Shown piece by piece: positions 42,794 through 56,490 of a stretch of 64,000 nucleotides of DNA (positions are counted from its first letter, which is position 1; each line of letters starts with the position of its first letter). Position numbers and translations under genes: made by a program. Origin of the DNA: Octopus vulgaris (lineage: Eukaryota); the NCBI GenBank assembly GCA_951406725.2, contig OX597834.1, positions 9,238,001 to 9,302,000 on the forward strand, in the 5' to 3' direction. The notes under the pieces were generated by a model that saw nothing but the letters and a program-made list of their open reading frames with translations, was not told the origin of the DNA and did no database searches.

Positions 42794-43178
42794 TCTCTCT
42801 ATATATAAACGGCAGTTTGTCTGTGCGTGTTTCTGTGTGTCTGTCAGGTTGTACCCTCACCCTGACCACGGCTTTCAACCGATTCTGATGAAACTTGACA
42901 CACACATAGCCCAATGTCATAATTCAAAACTAACGCAGCGAAAATTTTGAAAAGTTCCCCCAGTTCTGAAAAAAATCGATAAATTCGACATGGGGTCGAG
43001 AATCAGAAACCCAAACCACAGACCGTCTAGGGGACGCAACTCAACCTTTTTTTACTCTCAAAAAAAAATTTACCATCATTTTTTTCCAATTTTTTGCTAT
43101 TTTTTGGCTATAACTCTCTAAAGATGCTTTATAGTTATTTCCCTTACAAACCTGAGCAACGCCGGGCGATACTGCTAG
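42794..43178 (+). mobile_element. Non-autonomous Helitron (family 2)
   Basis: A|TCTCTCTATATATAAACGG ... GAGCAACGCCGGGCGATACTGCTAG|T. Confidence 0.9.
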
Positions 43179-43729
43179 TATATATATATATATGTGTGTG
43201 TGTGAGTGTGGATCAGTTAATCGATTCAGGTGAAAATTACGCATCAAGCATTATCAAGACCTGTATAGAAAACGCAAATGAATCCTTAATTGATTAACAA
43301 ATTTTATTAATCTATGCATCAAATACAATTCGTCCCATAACGGTATTAAACAGAAACATCCGATAAAGTGCCAGATACTATATAATCTATACAATCCCTC
43401 TTTTCAAACCAACAAATGGTGATTATTGTGTCATAATCAAGTCTCTGCATGAAAAGACTTCATGGAATAGAGAAGCACTACTGCTGTTTCAAAATGAATT
43501 AGGAAGCAATTATATAAAATTACGAATGTTTCGTAGCAATCCAATGTCTTTTCTCATCGTTTGCATTTGGCGCAATAATTTGCAAGAGAATAGCTGTATT
43601 CAACCGATGAAAAAGGACATGGGCTAATCATGAAGCAATCGTAATTTTAAATACATATTCAGGGTCCCTTTTGAACTTCATGTGGTGCTTGCCAGCTTCT
43701 TTTCCTTCTATCTGCATTCTTGTTAAATA

Positions 43730-43777
<48 letters not shown>

Positions 43778-43817
43778 GTAAGGGTGTCCACATAGTGGTT
43801 GCCCTCTAATATGTATA

Positions 43818-43857
<40 letters not shown>

Positions 43858-43859
<2 letters not shown>

Positions 43860-44068
43860 AGTATGTGACCTGGTGAATACCACCACCGTCGATTTTTTTC
43901 CTCTGTCCTCCCGTCTCGGGATCTTTCCTTCTCCTATGTTTCCGACGAAGAGCTCCGCTCGAAACGTCAGGCCCTCCTTCTTCCCTACTTTCCTGAGCGT
44001 CCAATAATACTTTATTTGTTCCACATCCTTGCGTTGTTGTCTTTTTGTTTTCTTGTTTGGATTAACTT

Positions 44069-44072
<4 letters not shown>
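43858..44072 (+). mobile_element. Short pLTR-like element in (TA)n carrying a hammerhead motif
   Basis: Flanked by (TA)n on both sides; motif at 43938-43972. Confidence 0.7.
43938..43972 (+). ncRNA. Minimal type I hammerhead ribozyme variant
   Basis: GTTT-CCGACGA-A-GAGC-TCC-GCTC-GAAA-C-GTC-AGGC; GUC cleavage triplet, palindromic ACGT stem III. Confidence 0.65.
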
Positions 44073-44109
<37 letters not shown>

Positions 44110-44111
<2 letters not shown>

Positions 44112-44275
44112 GTCAAAAAGTTTGAATCAAATTCGTTGGTACTATTGAGTTCCAAGTGAGATGCTAGTCGTTAGCCAGTGGGGTGGCGTCAATTGAAGGC
44201 TAAAACAATGCGAAGCGCATTGTGACCAGCGATGTGTAACATATTATAGCCTGGTCGGTCACGTGATCACGTGAT
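44110..44275 (+). mobile_element. Probable retroposon 3' end with a (TCACGTGA)2 tail
   Basis: Unique block between (TA)n runs ending GGTCGGTCACGTGATCACGTGA. Confidence 0.5.
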
Positions 44276-44299
44276 ATCTATATATATATATATATATTT

Positions 44300-44518
44300 T
44301 GGGAGGGGAGCTTGAAAATTCCAGGATTTGAAGGTATCTTGAAAGGTCTGGCTGGAGGCCTATCATTCCGAGTTCTTTTACGAGGCCTAGAAAATCTGAA
44401 GGCCCGCTAGTAGAAGTGTGTGAGTCTGAGAGGGGAATATGTTGAATAAAATCATAATAACTGATCCTCCTGTATTTTCTTTTACCCAAAGTCAGGAACA
44501 TTCCAAAACCACTTCGTG
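44300..44518 (+). mobile_element. mariner-derived MITE
   Basis: Degenerate TIRs GAGGGGAGCTTGAAAATTCCAGG / TCAGGAACATTCCAAAACCACTTCG; contains the transposase C-terminus GLENL..R..KCVSLRGEYVE*. Confidence 0.7.
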
Positions 44519-44562
44519 CACGCACACACATGTGTTTCTATGTATATGTACCTCTCTTTCTT

Positions 44563-44611
<49 letters not shown>

Positions 44612-44614
44612 GTC

Positions 44615-44690
<76 letters not shown>

Positions 44691-44724
44691 CATGCATGCA
44701 TGCATGCATACATATATTATATAT

Positions 44725-45018
44725 CTTTCTTTTCTTACATTTACTTGTTTCAGTCATTTGACTGCGGTCATGCTGGAGCAACGCCTTTAGTCGAGAAACT
44801 CGACTTCCGGACTTATTCTTTGGACGCCTAGTACTTATTCTAACGGTCTCTTTTGCCGAACCGCTAAGTGACGGGGACATAAACACACCAACATCGGTTG
44901 TCAAGCGATGTTGGAGGGACAAACACACACAAACATATACACATACAAACATATTTATATATATATATATATATACATACACACACATATATATATACAT
45001 ATATATACACACACACAT

Positions 45019-45049
<31 letters not shown>

Positions 45050-45605
45050 CTAGCAGTATCGCCCGGCGTTGCTCAGGTTTGTAAGGGAAATAACTATAAA
45101 GCAGTTTTAGAGAGTTATAGCAAAAAAATAGGAAAAAATGGAAAAAAATGATGGTAAATTTTTTTGAGAGTTAAAAAAGGTGGAGTTGCGTCCCCTAGAC
45201 AGTTTGTGGTTTGTGTTTCTGATTCTCGACCCCATGTCGAATTTATCAATTTTTTTCAGAACTGGGGGAACTTTTCAAAATTTTCGCTGCGTTAGTTTTG
45301 AATTATGACATTGGGCTATGTGTGTGTCAAGTTTCATCAGAATCGGTTGAAAGCCGTGGTCAGGGTGAGGGTACAAGAAAACAGACACACAGAAACACGC
45401 ACAGACAAACTGCCGTTTATATAGAGAGAGATAAACATATACAACGGGCTTCTTTCTGTATCCGTTTCCCACATCCACTCACAAGGCTTTGGTTTGCCCG
45501 AGGCTATAGCAGAAGACATTTGCCCAAGGTGCCACACAGTAGGACTGAAACCAGAACCATGTGGTTGGTAAGATAGTTACTTACCACACAGCCACTCCCG
45601 CGCCT
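44725..45605 (-). mobile_element. SINE A, full length, interrupted by a Helitron
   Basis: Tail at 44725-44930 and head at 45440-45605. Confidence 0.88.
45050..45431 (-). mobile_element. Non-autonomous Helitron (family 2) nested in the SINE (TA)n
   Basis: 5' TC, 3' hairpin plus CTAG. Confidence 0.9.
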
Positions 45606-46964
45606 ATATTAGCTTCCGTCTACTAAGTCCACTCACAAGTCTTTGTTCGGCCCGAATCTATAGCAGAACGTACTAGCTCGAACTCGGAACCATGTGGTGT
45701 GGAAGCAAGTTTCTTCCCACACAGCGTGTGTGTGTGCGGTGCATGGCGTGTGTGTCTTTCCGACCTTCTCTCTAGACAGCAGAATCTTTATACATTCAAA
45801 CTCTTAAAGTAGACTGGATGTTGCAATGAATCAATTGTCTTGCCTACGCAACGATATATTAGTTCAACTTCTGTCGATTTTATCGCACTGATATGGTGGC
45901 GTTAATTCAATGCAACAGTCTATATAGTTAAGTACAGAACTCCTCAACACCCCCAACATAATGCCTTGTTCTCTAATTCCAAATGATCTTACAATGTATC
46001 CTACCCGTCATTTTCTTATTATTGGTAATATGCGTATGAATCAATACATCATTACTCATAATGACCGCTAGGGCACGATTTTAGGTGTGTCAGCAATCTT
46101 TCAACTTTCCTTAATCCTATGTATATTGATTATGATGGGTATGTGAGCAACATCTTGAACTTTTGTTATTTTTCATCATCACATCACTACTCAACTCCCT
46201 CATCACTTTTGCTTAATATATTTACATCTTGTTTTGCGCATCATCAATATTTTTCATCCATTGTGATGCGTTCGTATATTTAGCACAGTCAGTTGGTGTC
46301 TCTGCGTAATACACCACAAATCTAAATGAGCGATGATAAACAGAAAATATCTAATGACAGTGTCTCGAGTATTTCTACCCATAATTCGTGTCTTTTATTG
46401 AGAGGGTATAATTTACCGCAGCAGCCTGACATGTGAAAAGACATCTCCGTCACTCAACTATTTTTGCAGTTATGTTCGATGTCTAACAGTTGGTGCTATA
46501 TCATATTATACTTTGATAAATATTTTCGAAGTAATTCTTAGAATATGTTGGAACAGATCTCTATGGTAAGGTACCTGGTACATCTACGTTTAAATTGATT
46601 AGCAGGTGTTTCAGATGTGTGAGGTGACTTCCTAGACATGTCAGATGAGCAGATGTGCAGATGTGTGAAGTATCTTCCTGACCATGTCTAAGCTGAGTGT
46701 CAGTAGGCAAACCCTTTTCTTTTATGCATTTTGTTTCTTAAGATAATACTCTCTGTGTCGGCTCTGTTTACACTTTTATTGAAAGTGACCAATATATGTC
46801 TTTTAAATACAGTAGAATTTACAATTTGCATGTAAACGTCGGTAAATTATCGGAAGTGGCTTTGCTTAAGATTGTTTACATGTTTGTTTTTATACTTTTA
46901 AGAGAATTGTTAGGAAGCCAGTTGAGTTTAAGATAATTTCAACTACGGATTATATATATGTATG

Positions 46965-47012
<48 letters not shown>

Positions 47013-48324
47013 TCATCTGATTTATTTATTCATTTGTTCCCAATGTGAAAATTAAAAGTAGTTTTAAACCCTTCCCTCAGTATTTAATTTTTTGCTTTGA
47101 TGTCTGCAGTCAAAGCCTATTGCCTTCTAAATTTGAATCGTTTTACAGAGTACTATATTTCATACTTATGCAAAATTCATTTATTTTATATTTTCTACAT
47201 CTCCGCATTGCCTTTCTCCTTTCGCCTTCCACATGCATCATGGAACCATTTCAGTTTGGTCTAGATTTATAAGAATGCTGGTTTTAGCAGGACATTTTGA
47301 TACTGTTGTATAGTTCACTAATTTTACTCAAGAATTTTTCTATAGAAACTGAATCATTTCCTTTCTAATTTAAGAGATTTTGATGGAATTCTTGGCACTG
47401 ATTCTTTGAATTTTATGTCTTTCGCTGCCGTAGATGTACTTTCGAAGTAGTTCTGCTTGAGAATATTTTCCTGAATGCATTATTACCTAGATCTGTAGGT
47501 GTTCAAAGAGAACAGATACCGACTGCTTCTTGTGGAGTACGTAGATATCGTTTCCTTTGAAACGTGCATTGTTAATATACTACATTGTATATGGAGAAAA
47601 TCATTGATAACTACGTGTAGATGTAGATGATTTCAGTGCTATTTATGATTTAGATATCTACAGTATTTCCCACCCACTTCTTATTTACGCTATTATTTGT
47701 TCTATGCGCAACACATTTCAGAGGCAGGTTGCCGAATAATCTTGTCATTGTTTATCTTATTTCACCTTCGTAACATTTGACATTTGGCGAGGTTTACGTC
47801 AATAAAGTTAAGTACACTGAAGTATCAGCTCATATAATTTAATATCTCTTTAAAATTTCTAGCTGCATCTTCAAAATTAGTACAGTGATGCAAAGGCATT
47901 TCAGTGGATCAAGTATTCTACATACCTAATTATATCAAACGGCTTCGTATGCACGTCTATCGTGTCATAAATCAATTTTTAGTAAATCACCAATTTTAAT
48001 GTGCAAAGATCTTTACGGTTATACATCGCAAATACTACAGAGCTTCTTTCTTTGACAGCACGAAATACGACGTATATAGGCATATATATTTGAATAGCTG
48101 CTGTGCTTTTTAGTTACAAGCTTTTCTCTAAAGGCCATGCAACTTGTTTGACTGAATACAGTCACTAATCACAGGAAGGGTGCATTACATTAGTACAATA
48201 TAGCAGTATTTCTAACGTGACACCCTAACAATTGTCTATGCTTTGGTGTATAAATTGTGGTGGCATTTGTAGTCGAGTGCATGGTTTTTCACACTTTAGC
48301 GCAGCAGCCAGAAAAGATTTTGTA

Positions 48325-48362
<38 letters not shown>

Positions 48363-48489
48363 GTAGACATAATGGCATTACATATAAGAATATATGTGCG
48401 TGTGGTGTTGTGTATGTGCTCATATACATCTACACACAGAAACATATGTCTGTCTGTCTCTCTCTCTCTCTCTCATATCTTTTTCTATT

Positions 48490-48595
48490 CTCTCTTTATA
48501 TATATATGTATATATATGTATATATATATATATGTGTGTGTGTGTGTTTTGCTTATGCATGTATGTGTATATATATATATACATATATCTATACC

Positions 48596-48629
<34 letters not shown>

Positions 48630-48830
48630 CATATATCTATATCTATCTATATATACACCTATATATATATATATATATACATACATATGTATATATCTAT
48701 ATCTATCTATATATACACCTATGTATATATATACATACATATATATATATACATATATCTATCTATCTATATATACACTTATATCTATCTATATATACAC
48801 CTATATATATATATATATACAAATATATTT
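48490..48830. repeat. Complex (TA) array
   Basis: Read directly. Confidence 0.9.
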
Positions 48831-49129
48831 AAATATGAGGATGTACTTATAGTGAGAGAGAAATAGCGGGATGGATAAAAGGCAAATATATTAATACATA
48901 GCTATATAGACCTTCATAGTTGTGTGTATTTAGTGACTGCTTATTTTTGTGAAAGTATGTCCTATTATTCGGGATTTTACCACTGGATCACATTTATGTG
49001 TGTGCATGTCTATATGCATTTGTGTTTTATAGAACAAACTGGAGAAGCAGAGCTCAACACACCGTTATGTAATACTTAAAATCGACCAAAAAAAAATGTA
49101 CCAAAGTCTTTCAACATCTGAATTATGCT

Positions 49130-49194
<65 letters not shown>

Positions 49195-50311
49195 TTGTGT
49201 TCGTATGTGAAGCTCAATGCAAATACATCTTCAGTGTTCGTTGTGTGGAAATTTAATTGAATAAGGATGTGTTCGAAATACCATTAAATAAGGATAAATT
49301 CGCTACTAACTCGTTCTCTTTCCCTCGAGAAATATTTCGTTCTGTATCCTATCATTTCATCAGCTTGTGTACAAATGACGATATTCTCTGTGGCTGGTCA
49401 TGGTAAAACATGCGCTGACGTGACGTACTATATAAAAACCGGCCAAATTTTAATATTTCACTAGTTTGATATTTTCTATGCTCATTGTGAATAACCCGAA
49501 AAGCTAAGCTATCAACATGGAATTATTCTGAATGGGTAAAACATCACCTATATGGCAATGTGTCATACAAGAATTTAAGAGATTAGATGCCAATTCGTCT
49601 CTCAAAACCATAATTCATTGAATGTTCTAAATGAATAATTATATAATAATCGGGACGACGAAATTAGAGGAAATTAATGAGGTGATACGCACATACATAC
49701 GCACACATGCACCTACATACACGTAAAATATATACTGACATTTATATTAATATAGAAAGAGAAAGTTTGAAGCGTATAATGGCACGCATACAAACATATG
49801 TAAATGTATATGCGTGTTATACATAAAAGCTGGATAGTTCAACTAGTCAATACACATATACGTGGAAACACAGACACTCGTGCAGCCAAACCTGCTGAAA
49901 CTAATATTCACACATACATATATTTTAATTATATATAATACATAGATGAAATCATAAAATATATTTTTTTTTTTCAAATCTTATTCCCAAAGGAAAAATG
50001 ACGTTCCCGGAGACTGAATGTTTCTATGCCTGAAATACCACGCTTCCTCCATAGCTATACAAGAGTTGAGCCATAACAATATAAACATTATGTCAGTGAT
50101 GTGAAAATTGCATGGATAACAATTATTATAGAAATCTTTTGATGATTAATTACAAATTGGTGATAAAAATTTTCACATTCTACTACATATAAATATTTTC
50201 ATCAATAAATACATATATAAAAACATACACACGCTTATAGATATGTCGGGCATAAAGACAGCATGTATGTGACACTGATTGTGCGTTAGTGTTTATGAGG
50301 AGAATTTATTG

Positions 50312-50346
<35 letters not shown>

Positions 50347-50506
50347 ATGTGTATCTATAAACATAGGCACACGCATACACACATATATATGCACATAAAT
50401 ATGCACGCAGTGAGAGTTTGAGGGAGACAGACAGTGAAATATTTATAGACTGAAGCGTACGTATATTCATACATGGGAAATTACAGGAATGGAAAATATA
50501 GATGTG

Positions 50507-50559
<53 letters not shown>

Positions 50560-50699
50560 CTGTGTATTTGTGGCATGTATTTGAGAGTATATGTCCACTC
50601 GTACATAGAAGCATACAAAATGTATTAGGATAAATCTTTTTCTTTGAACATACAAATAAATTTATACAGATACATATTCACACACAAACACAAGTATGC

Positions 50700-50703
50700 A
50701 TGC

Positions 50704-50736
<33 letters not shown>

Positions 50737-50841
50737 TATATACACATATATATATACACATATATATATATATATACACTTATATATATATACACATATA
50801 TATACATATATATATATATATATACTTATATATATATACAC

Positions 50842-50874
<33 letters not shown>

Positions 50875-50898
50875 CTTATATATATGTACACATATATT

Positions 50899-50930
<32 letters not shown>

Positions 50931-51185
50931 CACACATATATATACATATATATATATATACATATATATATACATATATATATATATACATATATATAAT
51001 ACATATATATATGTATACATATATATATATGTATACATATATATATATACATATATATATGTATACATATATATATATGCATACATATATATACACATAT
51101 ATTTATATATATACATATATTTATATATATACATACATATATATATATATACTTACATATATATATACATATATATATATATTAA
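50700..51185. repeat. Complex (TA)/(CATA) array
   Basis: Read directly. Confidence 0.95.
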
Positions 51186-52453
51186 ATATGTGTGCATACA
51201 CATATTCGTGTGGACGATCAACATGATATATATTATATAATCATTACATCTTGTATACTGGAAAGAGAAAATATGAATTGCCTTATATAATCATAAAAGA
51301 AATTAGGCACCCACAAATCACGCAAGAGACTTCTGGCTTCAGCCGTGTTCTTGTCATTTGTTCTTCTCATGATGTCGTTGATATCGACAGTTTGTCCGTA
51401 TGTCTATTGGCTGACTTACTAGTAGTTATGGCGGTACGCTAGTTATCTCATGTCGTAGAGATTTTCGGTCCTGGTTTATTGACTATATTTTCTAAAACAT
51501 GCACGCAATACATACAAAACCCCATGCAAGCACACACACATGAGCCTACATGCACACATACACACTCATGCATACATATGTACACATATGTCTATATGTA
51601 TATATCTGGAGAAAGATTTTCGTAAACATTAATAATTATTTTAAACAAAATGACAAGAAAAACAAAATAACAGGAATATTTGGGGGGAAAATGTTCGTAT
51701 TGTCTGTTTGTATTCCTTGTTTACTGTTTAACAGACGTTATGGGAAAATCTGTAGAGCGAAAATTGCTACTATTAGCAGTGTTGACTAATTCTAGTTTAG
51801 TTTTGGATTAAGATTTCTCATATGATATTCCTTGTTTTAGTCAATAATTGTCTTCTTTATTTTGAAAAAGAGGCATTGTTTCGAAATGTCCGTTCGTACA
51901 ACTGTCCAGATGTTCACTACATGGAATATTATTAAGTGATAAATTGTTGATTTGTTGCTTATGTACCCTAACTCGATCAATTTATAGGATATGCGCTCTA
52001 CATATTCCTCTCAGTAACAAATTCTGCTAAGTCTATATTTAAGTTTAGATATTTCTAAAGAATTGTTTTTCAGTGATCACTTACAAGTCTGTTTCAGTGA
52101 TATAACAGTTTCGAAAATCATTACATTAGAGAATTTCCAATCAGCAAATCTTTCTTCCCCAAAATGAAACTTATGCGTAAATTTTCAATTAGGTCCTCCA
52201 GCGATTTCCTATGTCTACCAAACGCAAGAATGATTGCTGTCATTATGAAGCTTTTATGATATTACAAGGTGAGATTGCAGTTTCGTACCATGAAAAGGGC
52301 CCGTGGCCATCCATTGGTGGGCGCTATAAGGGTAAACATATTGTGTGACATGCACGGACAGCTGCATAGATATATACACACATAGAGATACAGACAAGCA
52401 GCCACTCACACACAAGACATGCGCACACATAGACTAATATATATACATATACT

Positions 52454-52485
<32 letters not shown>

Positions 52486-52563
52486 TATACGTATATACAT
52501 ATATATATGTGTGTGTGTGTGTGCGTAAATATATGTATATATTTCAACTCAGCATTTAAATTG

Positions 52564-52600
<37 letters not shown>

Positions 52601-52733
52601 CATATCAAAGGGAAATGGAATTTAATTAAATTAAAAACATTCAATCAAAATTTACATTTCCAGTGGTCTAACGCGTAACAAAAAAATTTAGTCAAAAAGA
52701 CTATATATTAGTCATACGATATGTGTATATTTA

Positions 52734-52899
52734 AACACATAAGGAATAATCCACTTATCGGGATTCTACGCATTAGAAAGAACAGCTATTCATTTCCAAA
52801 TTTATTCCTGTCGAATTTTTATCCAAATTTTTTGTGGTTATAGAACTTAGCTGTTCTTTCTAATGCGTAGAATCCCTATAAGTGGATCCTCTATGTGTT

Positions 52900-52900
<1 letters not shown>
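52734..52900. repeat. Inverted repeat with ~55 bp arms
   Basis: ATCCACTTATCGGGATTCTACGCATTAGAAAGAACAGCTA / TAGCTGTTCTTTCTAATGCGTAGAATCCCTATAAGTGGAT. Confidence 0.9.
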
Positions 52901-52930
<30 letters not shown>

Positions 52931-52931
<1 letters not shown>

Positions 52932-53566
52932 TATAGCTGCCCACTGTGGTCTCCTCACACAAGACAAAACATCTCCAGAATTGAGTCACCCCAGAGGGCT
53001 CTCACTAAACAAAATGAAGGCATGGCTGCTCTCGACTATTGGGATCGCCTTAAAGCCTTGAAACTTTACTCCCTCCAGCGTCGCCGTGAGCGGTACATCA
53101 TTTGTACGATGTGGAAAATATACCGCCAACTTTGCCCAAACGACCTAAACATTAGCTTCAAGGTTCATCCGAGACTTGGACCACGGGCTATACGTCCCCT
53201 GCCAAATTCAAGATCACAACATACATGTACACTGCAACAAAATTTCTTTTCCTCAACAGGCCCTGCCCTATTTAACATTGTCCCGAGGTAGATCAAAGAG
53301 GAAAAGGATCCCATCAACTTCAAACAGAGTCTGGATAGATTCCTTCAAAGAATACCAGACAAGCCACCCATAATTGGATACAACTCACCCAACAAGAACT
53401 CACTACTTGAACAAAACTGGACACAACTCACCCAACAAGAACTCACTACTTGAACAAAGCTTGACTTAAACAGGATTCGAATAATCCTATCAGGTGGTGC
53501 TATTAAGTTAGACATGGCCTGGACCAATCTCTGGTCGAAACATATCTAAGTTTTATCTAAGTTTTA
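52931..53566 (+). mobile_element. CR1-clade LINE 3' end
   Basis: YSCPLWSPH...IES.QR..TK...LDYWDRLKALKLYSLQRRRERY...GPALFN...FKQSLDRFL..IPD; tail (ATCTAAGTTTT)2; small internal duplication at ~53380-53458. Confidence 0.9.
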
Positions 53567-54040
53567 TATGTATATATATATATGGTGGTGGGCTCTGTTT
53601 AAGCAAAATGGTAAGCATTTCAGTCCAGACGTATCTATACATTAACACAAGCTGGCAGGAGAGAATCCAAGACAATATTCCATTCTTTGCATTCAGTGTG
53701 AAAACATTTCCTCCCATTTAATCCTGTAGAGTTCCACATCAAGAAATATATAAACATACTCCAGATTTATACAGAAGCAGACGGACACGTAAACACAAAC
53801 AGATTGTCTATAAATATATATAACCTGCTTCCTTGCGCTTTTGGTTGAAATCACTAGTAAATATCCATTACTTCTCTGATTGTTTCACTATTATTTTCTC
53901 ATTCATTTTACATTTTTCACGGTTTTATTGATAAGTCATGATGTATTTGCTTTAAATAAATTTATATCTGTTATAATAATATGACGTGAACGAAGCGAAT
54001 TTATAAAAAGGCTGACGATACAGCGCATAGAGTGGACAAT

Positions 54041-54093
<53 letters not shown>

Positions 54094-54095
<2 letters not shown>

Positions 54096-54273
54096 TGATA
54101 GATCGGTAGCCACTACATAAACTTTTTCTCTCCTTGTTTCTTTCTGTGTTCGTTTCTGTAGAAGAGCGTAGGCTCGAAACGTAAAATACTTTTCCAATTC
54201 CCGAGCGTTATACTAATACATCTGTTTGTTTTGAACACCGCCTTTCTTTGTCTTTTGCTTTTCCGTGAATATT

Positions 54274-54276
<3 letters not shown>
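54094..54276 (+). mobile_element. Short pLTR-like element in (TA)n, hammerhead-like motif at 54152-54186
   Basis: Same family and identical core as 34294. Confidence 0.7.
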
Positions 54277-54332
<56 letters not shown>

Positions 54333-54881
54333 CTGAGAGACCTACTGATTAAGAGACAGACAGTTAGATAGATTGACAGATACAGAGAGAGAAGGACAAC
54401 CAAAACGATGACAAAAGTTAGAAATGAAAGAAAATACCGTTTTTAGTATATCTTCAGTTATCCACGCATATTTCCAAACGATATGCAATATAATTAGTCC
54501 AACTTATAGGTTTACAATCCTACTTTCAACAATTTCAATCAGTTCATTATCGTCCGTCCGGCGCTGGGAATTTCGGCGTGGCCACATGAACTACAAGAAA
54601 TCATCACCAAATTATTCAGACATTTAGATATGTGGTTTCTGGTATAGGAAAAAGAAAATAATTACTAATGGAAGGTAAAATATAATACGCCTACGCAACA
54701 AAGTAAGTAGATGCAGATCATTAAGTCAGCCTAAGTTGTGGAAGAGGCTAGATATGCTTTGAAATAGAAAATATGAAGTAGTTAATATATATGGTTTATA
54801 ATGTATTGACATATGGATGATGGTCGCTGAAACTCACCAATAATTTATCTCATGGAAAAAATAATAAACGTAATAAACATA

Positions 54882-55288
54882 GGCTTAGGAGTGGCTGTGT
54901 GGTAAGTAGCTTGCTTACCAACCACATAGTACCGGGTTCAGTCCCGCTGCGTGGAACCTTGGGCAAGTGTCTTCTACTATAGCCTCGGGCCAACCAAAGC
55001 CTTGTGAGTCGATTTGGTAGACGGAAACTGGAAGAAGCCAATCGTATATGTGTATATATATATGTATGTGTGTATGTGTGTGTATATGTTTGTGTGTCTG
55101 TGTTTGTCCCCACAGCATTGCTTGACAACCGATGCTGGTGTGTTTACGTTTCGTAAATTAGCGGTTCGGCAAAAGAGACCGATAGAATAAGTACTGGGCT
55201 TACAAAAAAGAATAAGTTCCGGGTCAACCAAAGCCTTGCGAGTGGATTTGGTAGACGGAAACTGAAAGTAGCCCGTCGTATATATGTT

Positions 55289-55331
<43 letters not shown>

Positions 55332-55540
55332 ATATGTTTTTGTCTGTGTTTGTCCCCACAGCATCGCTTGACAACCGATGCTGGTGTGCTTAGGTTTCGT
55401 AAATTAGCGGTTCGGCAAAAGAGAACCGATAGAATAAGTACTAGACATACAAAGAATAAGTTCTGTGGTCGATTTGCTTGACGAAATGCGGTGATCCAGC
55501 ATGGCCCACAGTCAAATGACTGAGACAAATAAAGAGTAAA
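54882..55540 (+). mobile_element. SINE A with a ~235 bp internal tandem duplication
   Basis: Body from CAACCAAAGCC to GAATAAGTTC present twice; junction at ~55220. Confidence 0.9.
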
Positions 55541-56093
55541 ACATATCGAGCACAAATCAAATAACCAAGAGAATGAGAAGAGAAACGATTCGCATTCTGA
55601 TATAATAAGTAGCAAAAACACAAGGCCTTAGAGGAATCTCTCACAGACCAACGCCAAAGTTAAAGGAGACATAAAGAACAAAGAAGTTCATTGAAAACGC
55701 ACGCATGCAAACTCATACACACAAATATATAACACGACCACACACATACATATAAATATGTTAGAAATGAGTATATATATATATATACACACACACATAA
55801 ATATATAAACGCATACATATATTATGCTATATACATATACATACATATATACACATAAATAAATACATACTTACACACGCATATATATGTATATGAATGT
55901 AGTTAGCATTTCATGGATAATTAATTAGTTAGTCAATTAAGCAATTATCAATGGGTGTGTCAAAGTATTTCGCCCCACATAACTGTTCTCGTTCAAGGCG
56001 TTCCTACTTCTGAAATCAAAGTCGATAAATGGTACCGACACAAGTTGTACATTACAATGCCGTACTAGATTTTGACTATATATATGTATATAT

Positions 56094-56490
56094 AGAAGTG
56101 GCTGTGTGGTAAGTAGCTTGCTTACCAATCACATGGTTCCGGGTTCAGTCCCACTGCGTGGCATCTTGGGCAAGTGTCTTCTAGTATAGCCTAGGGCCGA
56201 CCAATGCCTTGTGAGTGGATTTGGGAGACGGAAACTGAAAGAAGCCTGTCGAATATATATATGTATGTGTGCGTATGTTTGTGTGTCTGTGTTTGTCCCC
56301 CTAGCATTGCTTGACAAACGATGCTGGTGTGTTTACGTCCCCGTTACTTAGCGGTTCGGCAAAAGAGACCGATAGAATAAGTACTGGGCTTACAAAGAAT
56401 AAGTCCCGGGGTCGATTTGCTCGACTAAAGGCGGTGCTCCAGCATGGCCGCACTCAAATGACTGAAACAAGTAAAAGAGTAAAAGAGAGA
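56094..56490 (+). mobile_element. SINE A, full length
   Basis: All blocks present. Confidence 0.92.

Noticed and set aside
42885-42895. CTGATGAAAC inside family 2 Helitrons
   Set aside because: No stem II between the boxes; part of the Helitron internal motif
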